From Takakia lepidozioides (taxonomy: Eukaryota > Plantae > Bryophyta), in NCBI GenBank assembly GCA_030704615.1, contig CM060734.1:33666001-33730000 (forward strand): a stretch of 64,000 nucleotides of DNA, read 5' to 3'. Of the stretch, positions 25,729 through 38,422 are shown piece after piece (positions within the stretch are counted from its first letter, which is position 1; each line of letters starts with the position of its first letter). The translations under genes and the position numbers were made by a program. The notes under the pieces were generated by a model that was not told where the DNA came from, searched no databases, and worked only from the letters and a program-made list of their open reading frames with translations.

Positions 25729-28700
25729 ATGCAAAGTGTGGCAGATGAGGTCCCTTCGGGTCAGGAGAAGGAGATAATTGTTGATGTGGACGATGAGTTC
25801 TATGAAAGCAAAGCCGCTGAGATGCTGGGGGGTCAGAAGGTAAACTCTCAGCTTGTGGTGCAAAGTATGCTTGCCCCGGGTGGGAGGTTGAAGATTCCCC
25901 TGTGTAGGTTGGTTTCCATGCCCGTCGTTCGTACACCCCTCGTCAAGGACATTCTCAAGCTGGAGGCCGAGTTTGTGCATGGGTATTTGGATGGATCTGC
26001 AGTCTTTTACGTTTCTACTAGGGATTCCAAAGGTAATGAGCTCCTCGTGGATCAGTCAATCGTGGACTCTTGGGACCCCATTTGGAGACAGCTGAACGAA
26101 TCCTTCGAACTTCTTCTCTCCAGGAAACCTTCCACCCAGGCATTCTCGGGAAAGATGTTTCACGTTTGGGATGGGAACCACCGCTTGCTTGCATGGATGG
26201 CTGTCATTGGGAGGCTGCACTCACAGAAGGAAGAGTGGCATTACTCTGTTCGATCGATGGTGCTGGATTGTGACGGAAACATGATGGGTCTTCTGACGGC
26301 AATGAATGATGTGAACAGGTTGGTTTCTCATTCTACATGTTCCACTTGTGGTTCCGTTCTTCTTTGATTGAAGACCTTGAATTTCATTCTGACTTACAGA
26401 TATCATTCTGCAGAGGAACGGAGACATCGCATGTCAAAACGAGTTTGGTTCACACACTATATAGGATACAAAGGATAGGGCAGATGCCCTTGACCAACTT
26501 CAAGACCATCCTTTCAGCAGAGATGTACAAGAAGTGCGAAATCTCCAAGACATCGGAAACGTGGTACTCGTTGACCCGTGAGGCTTTCATGGAGTACATG
26601 TACACGGTGAGATACATCTTCCTTCATCTGGTCTTCCATATTCCACATGTTTGTTTCTGTTTGTTTCCCTTGACCTTGTGCTGATGCAACTCTCTTGCAT
26701 TCCCTTGCAGCAAGACATTGCAGATGCAGGGGAGCGTGGCAAACTGAAATACTACAGCTCTACCCCTGAGGAGAGAAGGACAGCAAAGGGGGTTGAGAGT
26801 CGCATCCAGAAAGAGATGACCGCTACAAGAAGGACTATAATGAGTGCTTTCGTGAAGCAGTTGAGAATTGCCGACCCATCATTCGACCGCAGTTTCTCCT
26901 GGAGATAAAAAACCATTATAACAAGCCAGGCAAGCCAGAAATGGCCCAGGAGAAGTTGCACAGGCTGTCTACCGCCGTTGTGTCTCCAGAACAAAAGGTG
27001 AAGTGGCTACAGATATGGAACTCCGATCTCACAGTTAGGGATACCCACATGTTCCCAAGGCCGGAGAAAGAGAAGAAGACCCAGCGTGTCATTCCTGTCA
27101 GTGACAATGTGCTGGACACCTGGCTTCACAAGGCCACTTACTGGAGCCAGGTGTGATGTCCTTCCCTGTGTCACTGTCTTTTCTCTTTTCCTGTCCTTAT
27201 CTTTCTATTGCCTCTTACATTCGCTGTGATTGCTTTTGGTTTCATTCTTGCATTTGTATTGTTTTGCAGTTGGAAGAAAGGGCCAGATCGGTTCTGCATA
27301 CTCAACTGGCTGACTATGGCATCAGTATGATAGCACCGAAGGTGTCCTTCGAAGCATACATGAGGAAATGGAGAGCCACAGTGTGGCACTCTTGTTTCTT
27401 TAGAGAGTTCAGCAAGGAGGGTGGCATCAGTCGAACAAATGAGCTGGACCAGCAAGAAAAAGGAGAGGAAGCCTGGAAACGATGCCTTTACAGGTGCACA
27501 CTCTTGCACTACTTATTTGTGCTATGGTTGCAATGTGTTGTGTGGCATACTGTTTAAGGGGGTCTTCCTAGTGTGATGGAAAAGTTGCCACACAATATTT
27601 CCATTGTAAAATGAGGCTGTCTCTGTTGCTGCAGGTACATAAAGTTTGTTCTCCTGGAAGAGAATTGCCTGGACAAACATCCAGATTTCGTGGACCTGTG
27701 GCTTGTCCCTGCTGGCAACCAGACCATGTTCACTACTGGGATCTTGCATGACTGGGGCCCAGACCATCTTTCTTCTTGTGGTTGGTATTTGGATTGCCCT
27801 CCTTCTGAGACCCCAGCTCCAGAGGTGTCTTTGAGGAGAGAGAATGACCGTATTGCAGCCACTGCCGCAGCAGCCGACCTCGACATTCATGAACGAAATT
27901 TGAGGACTCTTGCAGAGAAGGAGCCTCCCGCTCACGATACCCCAGGTAGAGGAAGAAAGGCAAAGGGAAAAGATGTTGCTGGTGTTGTGGGGAAGGGAAG
28001 GGGTAGAGGGAAGGTGGCACAAGGGCAGGGAAGTGTTGCAGATATTGGCCCTGTGGAGCATGTCCAGCAGACTCCACCGCATGGTAGGGGATCCGGGAGA
28101 AAAAACAAGGGGGTGGTTGATCCCAAGGACCCGTACCATGCAGTGGAACATCCCACGAGGGTCATTCGCCCAACCAGGTTGGAGATGGCCAACGTCGGGT
28201 TCCTTGCCATGATGGAGTCGAAGAAATCTGATTACAAGGGCGAGCCATCACCAGTGTGGGACAGGATTGTGCAGTTCCTCAGCACGGTGCGTGTTCTCTT
28301 TGGGTTCTGTGGCTTCTGCTGTTTTTGTCTGCTGTGGGCATGGATCGTTTCTAAACTTGTGAGAATTCCATTGTATTTTTGTTTGCAGGCTAAAATGACC
28401 AAATCCTGGGTGAACGGGAAGGAGAAGCCATATGCAGCCGAACTCATCATCTTGGACATCCCTGATGGGTTGGCAGTCCCAGATATCCCTCCATCGGGTG
28501 CTTGTCCGGGTTGGAATGCTTTTGATGAGCGCTACTGGCGGTGGGTTTTCTCCTTTTGCAACTTCTTCCTGTCCGATGCAGGTGTTTTGGTGCTCATCCA
28601 GTCCATCGACGGTCGGTGTCGCCATGCACTTTCCAGCTATTTGAAAGCCTCGGGCATGAGAGTCGTGAAGACATGGAATTGTGTGAACAGCATGTACCTT

Positions 28701-29449
28701 ACGAAGGGGGATCGCCCGGGAGAGATGGTGAGTTTGCCTTCTTCTTCCTCTTCTTGGTTGTTCTCCGATGGGGTTGTATAGGTCGCTCGAACTCATACGT
28801 AGGGACCCGATTTTTTTTGGCTTCTTAGTTCCTTGTGGATGTCATGTTCGCATACTCGTCTGTTTGAAGCTGTTTGTCTCGTCCGGGTGCATCCACAAAC
28901 GACTCCGGCCGGCATTACCGAGTTTGCCATCACTCATGGGGCCAAGTTCATAGATGATAGGACAGATCCCCCCACGGATGACATGCATCACAACTACGTC
29001 GACAACAACGTGTGCTTGCGAAGGGGGAATGGGGTTCCTTGGAGAGGGGCGAGGGAGAGGAGTCCGGCTTTCATTCAAACGATTGTGGAGTGCTGCACCT
29101 ACACAGACGCCAGAGTTCTGGATTTGTCGATGGGCACAGGTTCGTCTCTTCAACATTCACATTTCATGAGGTTTGATTGAGCTTGCACTTTCAGCACTTC
29201 CCACCGTTCCGAATGTGTCTTCAATGTCTTCTTCATTCATTCTATTCCACTGCAGGTGCTTCTTACCACGCTTGCAAGGCCAGTGCGCGACATCTCTTTG
29301 GGATTGAAGGGGATGCTGAGATTTACAAGAACCTCCTGATGGGTTTGGGTGGACACACTTCTCAAGTCCTTCCGAAGCCCCGTCCCGTTGATACTGATAC
29401 AGAGGAGACTTCTGACAAGGAGCTGGACTCCGACTTTGCCTGTGAGTAA
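25729..29449 (+). CDS. Multi-exon ParB-like domain + beta-class N6A/N4C DNA methyltransferase-like protein (MULE cargo; at least one frameshift)
   Basis: Exons 25729-26318, 26414-26606, 26711-27150 (1-nt frameshift near 26893), 27270-27493, 27635-28286, 28389-28727, ~28854-29139 (acceptor unclear) and 29256-29449; a further exon to 29833 is possible. N-terminus KIPLCRL...VR...FHVWDGNHRLLAW. C-terminus AELIILDIPDG...FLSDAGVLVLI...ERSPAFIQTIVECCT...RVLDLSMGTGASYHACKASARHLFGIEGD. Confidence 0.75.
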
Positions 29450-32400
29450 GTTCAACCTGTGCATGCTTTCATTGTTGTTTCAATATCGAGAGTCGTTGTT
29501 CTTCAGGCAAAGTGCACATGGGAGACATCCTCTTTGTTGGACTTGTGCATTGCATCATTGTGTTAAAAATGGGGTTTTGTGGACATGTGCAGGAGTCCGC
29601 GTGCTTCCACTTGCCCTCCAGGGCTATCACACCTATTTGGACTTGTTTGCAGTCCTCCTCGGTCTTGCGTGCTACCTGTCTATGCGGAGGCACTCGCAGC
29701 AAGCATGTCCGTTCATGGCACTCCGAGTCCACCTTACGACGGCCTTCGTAGAACACGTGGTGTTGGGGCCAGAATCTTTGTAGATGACATAGCACAGGAG
29801 GTGGACACTGATTGTGATGACTACGACACTTGATATGAAGTTTTCTTTTGGTTTAATTCTGGGCCAAATTTGAAATGGGATGGTTGTGTGTCCTTGTTGT
29901 CCTATTTGCAATGTGTGCGTGGAATTCACATTCATGGTTACAAACTATTGTTGGAGATGGGGGTTGCATGGACTGCCTGGATTGTTCCTTCAATCTATTT
30001 GATGTTTTGTGGACCTCACAGACTTGAGTACATTGCGAAAACAAACAAACCACTTTGGTTCGTGTAGAGCATTCTCGCATCATTTGCTAGTTGGTCCCCA
30101 AACTATTCCTGCTAGAAGAATGGTTGGTGAATCCATCACGGTGAAGTCCACCTCATCAAAAACTGTTCAGGCATTCTCAATTCTACCCACATCAACCCGC
30201 GGAAATAGGTGACACCACTCGGAAATAGGTGACATCGGCGGAAATAGGCACTGTTTGCATGCTGACGTGGCGTGAGCCTGTGCTGGGCTCACGCTTTCCT
30301 GGGCTCACAGGCTCACGCCTCCGGGCTCACGGAATAGCACCCCCCGCACGCTATCTACATGACCAATCGCATGGGATGAATCAGCTTGAGCTCCCATTGC
30401 TAGAATGCACAAAAAGACCGATGCATGCCATCCTGGCACCATCTTCTCATCTGTCTCACCATGCCATCGAGCTCCAGTATCATCATGCTCGCTCGTGCAT
30501 GGATTACGACTCAATCCATCTACATCTCAATTGACAATACCGGCTCGATGCACCACCTGGAAGTCGTACTCTTGAAGCATAAGTGCCCACCGTGCAAGCT
30601 TCCCTGTAAGCTTGTCTGACTCCATCAACCACTTTAATGGTTGGTGATCCGTGACAAGGGTGAAGATATTGTCATAGAGGTAGCATCTGAAATGTGCCAC
30701 TGCCCATACTGCAGCTAGACACTCCCCTTCATAGGAACTATACTTCGCATCGGCATCATTGTTTTTCGGGAAAAAAAGACCCCCGTCTATTAACAACCCG
30801 AAAATTTCTTATTTTGATAGTTCGGTCAAAGTCATCAATACTCAATTTCATCCTTAACCAATACACAGCTACCTACCCTCTCCACGCCCTATCCAAATTT
30901 GGGGCCAATCAGAGAAGACATGCAAAATTCCCACCGCGTTGAATATGGGGCCCTAGTTTTGGTTTTTTTCAAAAATAAACTAAAAAATGACATGACTTTA
31001 TAGATTTGGGAAATCGGGTTGAAATATTGGGCCTAGTGGAGGCAACCTAACATACCTGCAACATTCTTGCTCTAACAAGCCCAAGATCTCAGAATTTGCA
31101 AGAGATTACGCTACTTGGCGCTTCGTCAAAGGAGGAGGGGGGGGGGCGTATGGAATTGATCCTACAGAAGTTAGTATTTTTTTGCATTAAATACAACATG
31201 CATTACACGCATCAAAGGCAACATGCAAGGGATAATGAACAATGTGTGTCAGGCTATAGGGAGAGAGAAAGGAAATATGAAACAGGTGGGAGCCACCCCA
31301 ACCATACCCCTGGCCATTATAAACCTAATAGCTCATTGGCTCCTCCGAATCTAGCCAATCGCCTTTGCATGTAAGATCTACATCTGCAAAAGTTACATAC
31401 CCTTAAACAACCAATTCAGCCCCAATTCAGCTCGTTTTGGGCCTTGTGGGCGTTTAAGGGTTAACCACCAACCATGAAAAAACATTGAGCTGCAAGTCCA
31501 CGTGGGAAAGATACTTCCATTACGGAACTCTAGTGGTGACCAAAGGTTAGACTTGTTTTAGTATAGAGCAAGAATAGGGTATCCTTGTGCCATATCATCA
31601 TCATCACATTTCGTTTCGTTATAAGTAAATACTAGGGTAGCCTATGCCGTTGGCCCAAGTGTCCAGTGTCATCTATGTCCAAGTGCAATCCCCTATGTAC
31701 CCCCCTATTTGGGAGAGTTAGGATAGCATGTGTCATTGGCCCATGTGTGAAGAATTGAAATCTAAGCCCAAGTGCAATCTCCCATGTATCCAAGTGCTTC
31801 TCCCATGTAGAGGCCCAAGTGCGACCTCCAATGTCCAATGTCATCTAAGTCCAAGTGCAATCCCCTATGCATCCAAAGACCCTGCAGTTTGGAATATCTC
31901 CACGTCATTGTTCCAACCCACTTTGCTATTTTTGCAATCTCCCTTGTCGAGGCTTCATATGTTGATATATCCACTTTGCTATTTTTGCACGAATTTTCAG
32001 CAACCAAAAGTACTTGAGATTCCAAATCTCCCACGTGAACGGCCAATCAGTGCTCCAGGAAAGCCCACTTTTGCTATTTTTCCCGAATTTCCAGCGACCC
32101 AAAGTACTCAAAATTCCACATCTCCCACACCGCGGGTCCAAAAATCATGAGACAAAGCCGGTGCACCCTTCCTCATTATGGGCTTTCCAACGGCACCAAG
32201 CACCAAGGCTGGGCCCCGCAGTTTGGGAGATCTCGCCGATGCTACAAAATAAATTAACAAACAAAACAAAACAAAATAAACGTCCCGCTTCATATATTGA
32301 TGAGAGCAGACACAAAAACAGTTTGAGTAGTGAGAAAGAGCGATGGCTACCATTGCTATGAGTCCGCAGTATTCTGATTTGCAAGGCACCGACCTTATGC

Positions 32401-32474
32401 CCGAAATGCAACAACAAAACATGACTTCCAAGAAGTTGGCAGACTTCGTGTTGACGGAAAATGAACGTCCCACC

Positions 32475-33733
32475 TGTTGAAATGACATCTGTGAGGTTCG
32501 AACATATGCAATTTATTATTTACACCGGAACTTTATTTACTCGGGGGACCGGTACTGCTGCAGGAGTGCAACTGATGGTGCGAGTTCTCTATTGATTAGA
32601 GCTGTCACAACCAATGTCAACAATCATATTTACGGCAAGGTATTTCATGTTATTGTTGTTCCTCTAGCTGAATTCTGTAGTATTCTTTTCGCTATTCCCA
32701 TACCAACGTCATCTGCGACTGTCATGTTCAAACGAACGTATCAGCCACCCCGGCCAGCTTGCAGGCTGCATCCGCGGCCCACCATAAATTGAATGACTTG
32801 GAGATTTTGTGCTCAGTTCCTGGTTTCATGTCCGTGGTCACTCGTGGCTGATACGGAATTCGAAATATGGCAGTACCAGTGGACCTGATGTTATTGGCAT
32901 GGGAGTAGCAAAACGATTCCTAAATAAATGATCTGTTCCAGGTGGAGAACATCAACATATTGGATAAAGTGGACATGGAGAAGCACCGTATTATGAAGCA
33001 GGAGACACTACAAAAAGAGCTTCAAAGGGCATACCATGTAACAGGTCACAGTATAATCGAAGACGAAACCCCATTCATTCAATGGACGATTGAATGGTTG
33101 CCCATCCAAATGATTTTCTTTGCTTTCAATCTTTGCCACTATGTTCAACATACCATGTATCAGGTCCCGGACTAATTATCAATCGAAATTCATCCGATGG
33201 CTCAACGGATGGTTGGCCATCGAAATGATTTTGGTTTGCTTTGAGACTTGGTGTCGCGCACCTCACTTCGGTAAGCTCCCCTTCACGTCATAGTTACTCG
33301 CTTTGATGCGCGCGCCTAACTCCCAACCTGGCCGTCGGGCCAACTCGGAGCTTTGGCTGCTCACCGGGACATAACGGTCCCCATTTACTCCCCCAACAGA
33401 CCCTCCACCAATTTGGGCCTAGTGGAAATTCCGTTTGGTAGATGGCAGTCCGGAATAGCTCCCCACTCCTTGGTCGTTTTCCGGCTCGCTCGCTTACTCA
33501 CTAGTTTTTGGTCACCAATGGGCTTGCACCGTTCTCGGGGTTACTACTCCCTATATATACTTCTGTGACTGTCCGCGGGGGTTTCACAAACAACCATGTC
33601 ATTTTATGGCGAACCACCACGAAGACCCTCGATTCCCGGTGATGAGTCGCGGTGAGTCTTGGCCCACCCACCACGGCCCCATTGGACCGTGGTGAGTCCC
33701 AAGACTCCCCACGACTCCCACCACAAGGTCTCC
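32475..33733 (+). repeat. Duplicated block, copy 1 (flank + terminal part of chromovirus LTR from 33252)
   Basis: Near-identical to 40324-41428, including the same gagacttgg|TGTCGCGCAC LTR junction. Confidence 0.93.
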
Positions 33734-33738
33734 ACCAC

Positions 33739-33781
<43 letters not shown>

Positions 33782-34348
33782 CCATTTGTTTTTGGTCCAA
33801 TTTTTTGCATGGATGTAGTGGTGCAACGCCCGATGTCACAGAATAAAATATAGCTAAAGATAAAATCATTACGCCCCTCAAAACTGCAAATCATATATTT
33901 TCTAAATGTAAATATTTATCTTAAATTTATTTAAATTCGATTTAATTCAAAATTGGTGCAAGGGTGAGTGCGTCGTTGGGGATGCAAATGTTTTTTTTTT
34001 TTTTTTTTTTTTTCTGCTGGATCTTTATACAGATGTTGCATACATATTTAAGCACATGTAGGAAAAAATGAAGCTTGAGCCACATTCGTTTGATGGGTGC
34101 AATGGCATGAGAGGATTTTCTTTCACATTAATAAACAAAAATTGGTCATGGGGGGGGGGGGCAAATGATTTTGTTTGGGTTTGAAACTTTGCATGCGTGT
34201 ACGTTACGCACATACATGTAATTATCGAATGACATATTTGATGCACGCACACATTGAAGGTTGTTGTTTGCATTTCGCTTATAATGAGTTGTATGGTTGC
34301 AATGACACATTATAATATATGTCCATATGTTCATTTGTTTGTATCAGG

Positions 34349-35310
34349 ACTTTGTCCAAATTGCCGACCTTGGTGATTGAGCAAACGCATGATGTCATAC
34401 TGAAGAACACCCCATCCATATATGAGTGGGAGACAAGATACAATAATCTTGTTCGGCAACGAGAGGAGGAGACGCTTACATGGAGGCGGAACCATCCAAG
34501 GCCGGTTACTAGACGCCCACGACGAGGAGCGGGCCGCCGGAATGTTTATTCACAAAATTTGCTCATCCATGGAATTGCAGCCTCTAAGTTCATTCCAACA
34601 GTGGCTTCGGACTTTAGTTTATGACGTCGTTGCTCAAGGAAAGGTGGTTTCAGATTTGGTGCAAGACATTGCAAGGGGCCCATCTCAATTCATGATCTCA
34701 TACACGGCGGTTTGGGTTCACGGTCGTCATTTCCGCATTCATGCTCTTGACATGAAGCGAAAAACAACCTTTGATTCTAGCTTATGTGCCACATACTGGC
34801 AAGACTTCGTACGGGGCAAAGGAGATATACGACCTGCTATGAGTAAACTTGAGTACATTGGAGAGCTTGAGAGCATACTGCAACTTCAGTATACAAGGTA
34901 CCGGCCTCTTCTCTTCAAGGGAAGGTGGTTCCAGCCACATCTTGTGGGGCCCTCCTCAACACTAGTGCAAGATGATTGTGGTTTCATGTGCATCAATGCA
35001 GATAGGCTCAATCTTACTCATCGTCCCTCCGATGAGCCTTTTTCACGGCCTTCAGACATGAAGCAAGTTTTATTCTCCGATGACAAAACAAGAGGGGGGA
35101 ATTGGAAGGTGGTTGTGCATGCTCAGCCAAGAGGAAGATGTATCTATCATGGTCTCAGATCTCCATGCGGTGAGGCAATTGCGGTGGACGGAGAGACTGG
35201 TCATAATGATGCTGATGACGGAGATTGGGTAGAGGGGGTAGAAGATGATGATAACGCCCCGGAGAATGCATCCCTGACCCTATATGATGAAGCTCCAGAA
35301 GATACGGCGT
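34349..35310 (+). pseudogene. CACTA/En-Spm transposase C-terminal part (DUF4216-like)
   Basis: ARGPS...YTAVWVHGRHFRI...YIGELESILQLQY...LFKGRWF...DDCGF...DEPF...KQVLFSDD...WKVV. Confidence 0.8.
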
Positions 35311-36687
35311 CCGCCATGTGGCGGTCGCTACAGTTTTTTTTTAAATTTAGCGACCATCATTTAGCAGCGGTCGCTTATTTTTATTTTTATTCTTAAATAA
35401 AGCGACTGCCATTTGGCGGTCGCTTCTTCAGTAAATTTTTGAAAAATGTAGTGACCGCGATTTGGCGGCCGTCGCTATTTTTTGTTAATAAACAATACAA
35501 CGACCACCATTTGGAGGCGGTCGCTCGATTTGATTTTGATTCTTAAATTAGGCGACCGCCGTTTGGCAGTCGCTTACTTGAAATATTTTTTTAAATGGAG
35601 CGACCGCAATTTAGCGGCGGTCGCTTATTGATGTTGGAGAAGGAGACGAAGACACAACCATTGACAACGAGGTGGAGGATGATTCGGAGTGCCTTTTGAG
35701 AGCCGGACCATTTTTTACGATGACTCCGATGACCAAGAAGACTTGCAGCTTGATGAGGATGAAGAAGATCCGAATGATGATGTCCAAGTTGATTAGACAC
35801 GAAATGAAAGCTACATAACAATTCTCGCACCGAACTGTACCCATCCATTCGATTGATTATATATGTACATACATATTGTAGCTTAATTCTATGATTGATC
35901 AAATATGGTTGTGGCTGGTAGTCTTTCAAGAAAAAAGGCAGAGACATTGAATATGTTGGAGCAACACATACAGATGTGGTATCAAGAAAATTATCAAAAT
36001 GAATGTCACAATCTACAATAAGGTCCACAACAACAAGCTAAACCATAAAGAAAAACAAATACGCTACCCAAGTATCATAAAAATAAAATAATAAAATAAA
36101 AACTAAGAACCCCCAAAGGCCCTAAACCTAAACCTAGAAAGCCCTGCCGTCGCTGCACGCGACCCCCACGCGTCACAAACCGTGACGCGTTTTTTTAAAA
36201 TTTATGGCCGGGGGTCGCAAATGGCGACGGCAAGCCGTCGCAAACTGTGACCTATTTTTTTTGTTTTGAAAGAATAGGGCAGCCCCTGTTTGCGACATCT
36301 GGCCGTCGCCAAGGCATTTTGCCATTCATGCCACCATGCGACGGCCTGGCGTCGCAAATAAGGGCTGCAATGAAAGAAATGGCGAGAAAAAGTTGTCTTT
36401 TTCCATTGGCGATGGCCGGCCGTCGCCAAAAAGGGCTGCCTTCTGCCCTTCGCTGGGGGGCGATGCGTGGGCGTCGCACGGAAGGGCTGTCTTCTGCCCT
36501 TCATCCGCCCGTGCGATGGTCGGGCGTTGCCGCCTAGCCCCGGCGCCAGGTGGCGACCCGCGGGGTTTGTTTGCGACGGCCCGGCGTCGCAAAAAGGCGC
36601 CGCGGGGTTGGCGTCGCAGGCTCGGCGCCGCGCGAGGTGTGGGAGCGCGGCTGGCGTTGCAAACCCCCCCCCCCATTTGTTGTAGTG
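35310..36687 (+). mobile_element. CACTA right end with subterminal repeats
   Basis: Ends ...CATTTGTTGTAGTG at 36687 (reverse complement CACTACAACAAATG); many GCGACC/GGTCGC hairpin repeats at 35310-35625 and GCGACG/CGTCGC repeats at 36140-36660. Confidence 0.8.
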
Positions 36688-38422
36688 GCAGTACTTGCAA
36701 AGTCTTGTAACTCAAGAGCTTTTTCCTTGAACTCTCCACCTCCTTGATGCAATGCAAAACACTCTCTCTTGCAACACCTTGCAAGCCTTATGAGATTCTT
36801 GAGTTTTTCCTAGCTCTTTCACTCCTTGGTGTACACCAACACAAGTCTGTTGCTGAGCCCGACATGGTCGCAAGGCCCCAAGGAGTTAGCCCCAACGCCG
36901 CTCCAACGGCCAAGGTGAGCACCGTCTCCTCCCTCATTTTCTCTCTTGCTTTCTTGCCCTAAGCACGGGCTGATCTCTCTCTCCCCTTGTGTGGTAGAAA
37001 CGTCGCGCAGAGGCGGGATGTAAACAAACTGAAGAGAGAGAGAGAGCCATGGTGAGCGGGGGAGAGACGCCCTACAGCGGCGGGGACCCGCGCCGTTGGC
37101 AGCTGCGACAGCACCGCAACACCTCGCTTGAAGCAGCAGCAGAGGTAGGTCAGGGTGGGGAGATCAAAAAATGGTCTGTGTTATCATGTGGGATCAAGGG
37201 AAAAATGTCGAGAGTTGTCCATAACTTGTATGTCACATCAAAAGTGAGAGAAAGAGAGGGAGAGAGAGGAAAAGATGACGAAACAAAACAAAAACAAAAA
37301 AGTTGGGGGGGGGGGGGGGTTACTGAGCAGAAGGGGTGGGCTTTTGGCTCAGCCTCGAGACTTTTAAAGTTGGTAAACAGAGGTACATGCACAATTCCCT
37401 TGATAGATTTGAAGAGAACGTCTCTTTGGTGAGAGAACTCCGGACATCAGAAAATGAATATTGTCTTCAGATTGCCCACACAACGGGCAATTGCACTCTC
37501 TCTTTCCTCTCTGCTCTGTTTACTGTTCAAAGGTAGGCTTCCTGCCCTGAGTTTAAATTTCAGTCTGGTGCCAAGAGTGGGATAGACCCTTGAGCGCATC
37601 CATGATGTCCTCCCCCATGTCACAGACTGGAAACAGGTTCAGGGAAGTTTTCCTTCCTAATATAATTTCATTTTCATCCGACAATTTTCTGGTAATAGAC
37701 ATGGCTTTGGACACTACACTCTCTAAGTCAGGTTTATCCAGCAGTGCGGGTCTAGATTCAGATCCTTGAGAATCTCTTTTACTCTCTTCTCCCAGGGCTT
37801 ACCCTGTTTGACAGGGCGGTCCTATTTCCAAGATATAGAGTCGATTAACTTAGGATATCTGGTGTTAGACATATGTTGCAGCTGAACCCACCATCTAACC
37901 TTGAATTTATCTCGTTGGGAGCTTAAAAGACAGCAACACAGAACAGAGCTGCTGCTGCTCAGTCACCCCCCCCCCCCCCCCCCCCCCGAACATTTTTTTT
38001 TTTTCTTTGTTGCCCCATCTATTGGGGAAACAAAAAGGACAAATCCTACCTTTGTCAGGGGCTGACGTTGGTAGTAAGACTTACCTTCACATATAGAATT
38101 AATCCGGGTTTTCCAGATATCCTCTACAAATCCCTTCACACAAGCATCAATCTGTTGTGTGTGAGTTGCCCAAAAACTAGGCCTCAAAAGGGGCTGGGCT
38201 TTTGGCTCAGCCTCGAGACTTTCAAAGATGGTAAACAGAGATACATGCACAATTCCCTTGATAGATTTGAAGAGCGTCTATTTGTGGGCAAAGGTTTATA
38301 CAATGTCGATGGTTGTGAATTCAAGTTCTGGGGCGAGATAGTTTGGGGGTCAGAGGAAGAGAAAACGTGCCCACGAGCGGGATAGCCAGGTTAATAAGTC
38401 AGACTACCCGGGACCGGATGCC

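Larger units (their letters stand above)
16661..30345. mobile_element. Mutator-like element (MULE), 13,685 bp, short degenerate TIRs, 9-bp TSD
   Basis: GCACGCTAT at 16652-16660 and 30346-30354. Left end GAGCGTAGCTACGGCGTGAGCCCAGCCCCGTGAGCCTG vs right end (reverse complement) GGGGGGTGCTATTCCGTGAGCCCGGAGGCGTGAGCCTG. Removing the element and one TSD restores the gypsy frame. Confidence 0.92.
14382..30762 (-). mobile_element. Ty3/gypsy LTR retrotransposon (RNase H - integrase - PHD), 5'-truncated and split by a Mutator-like insertion
   Basis: RNase H at 30527-30762 (YSSYEGECLAAVWAV...TDHQPLKWL...LARWALMLQEYDF); linker ...IGHVDSV rejoins HDDPETSEE... across the 9-bp TSD; integrase 15417-16660; PHD 15160-15400; LTR 14382-14906. 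Confidence 0.88.

Noticed and set aside
33501-33894. Poly-Lys/poly-Phe ORFs
   Set aside because: Artefacts of the 42-nt T run at 33740-33781.
37330-38280. Gene in the region similar to 48440-48760 and 50050-50110
   Set aside because: Decayed dispersed repeat; no product could be assigned.
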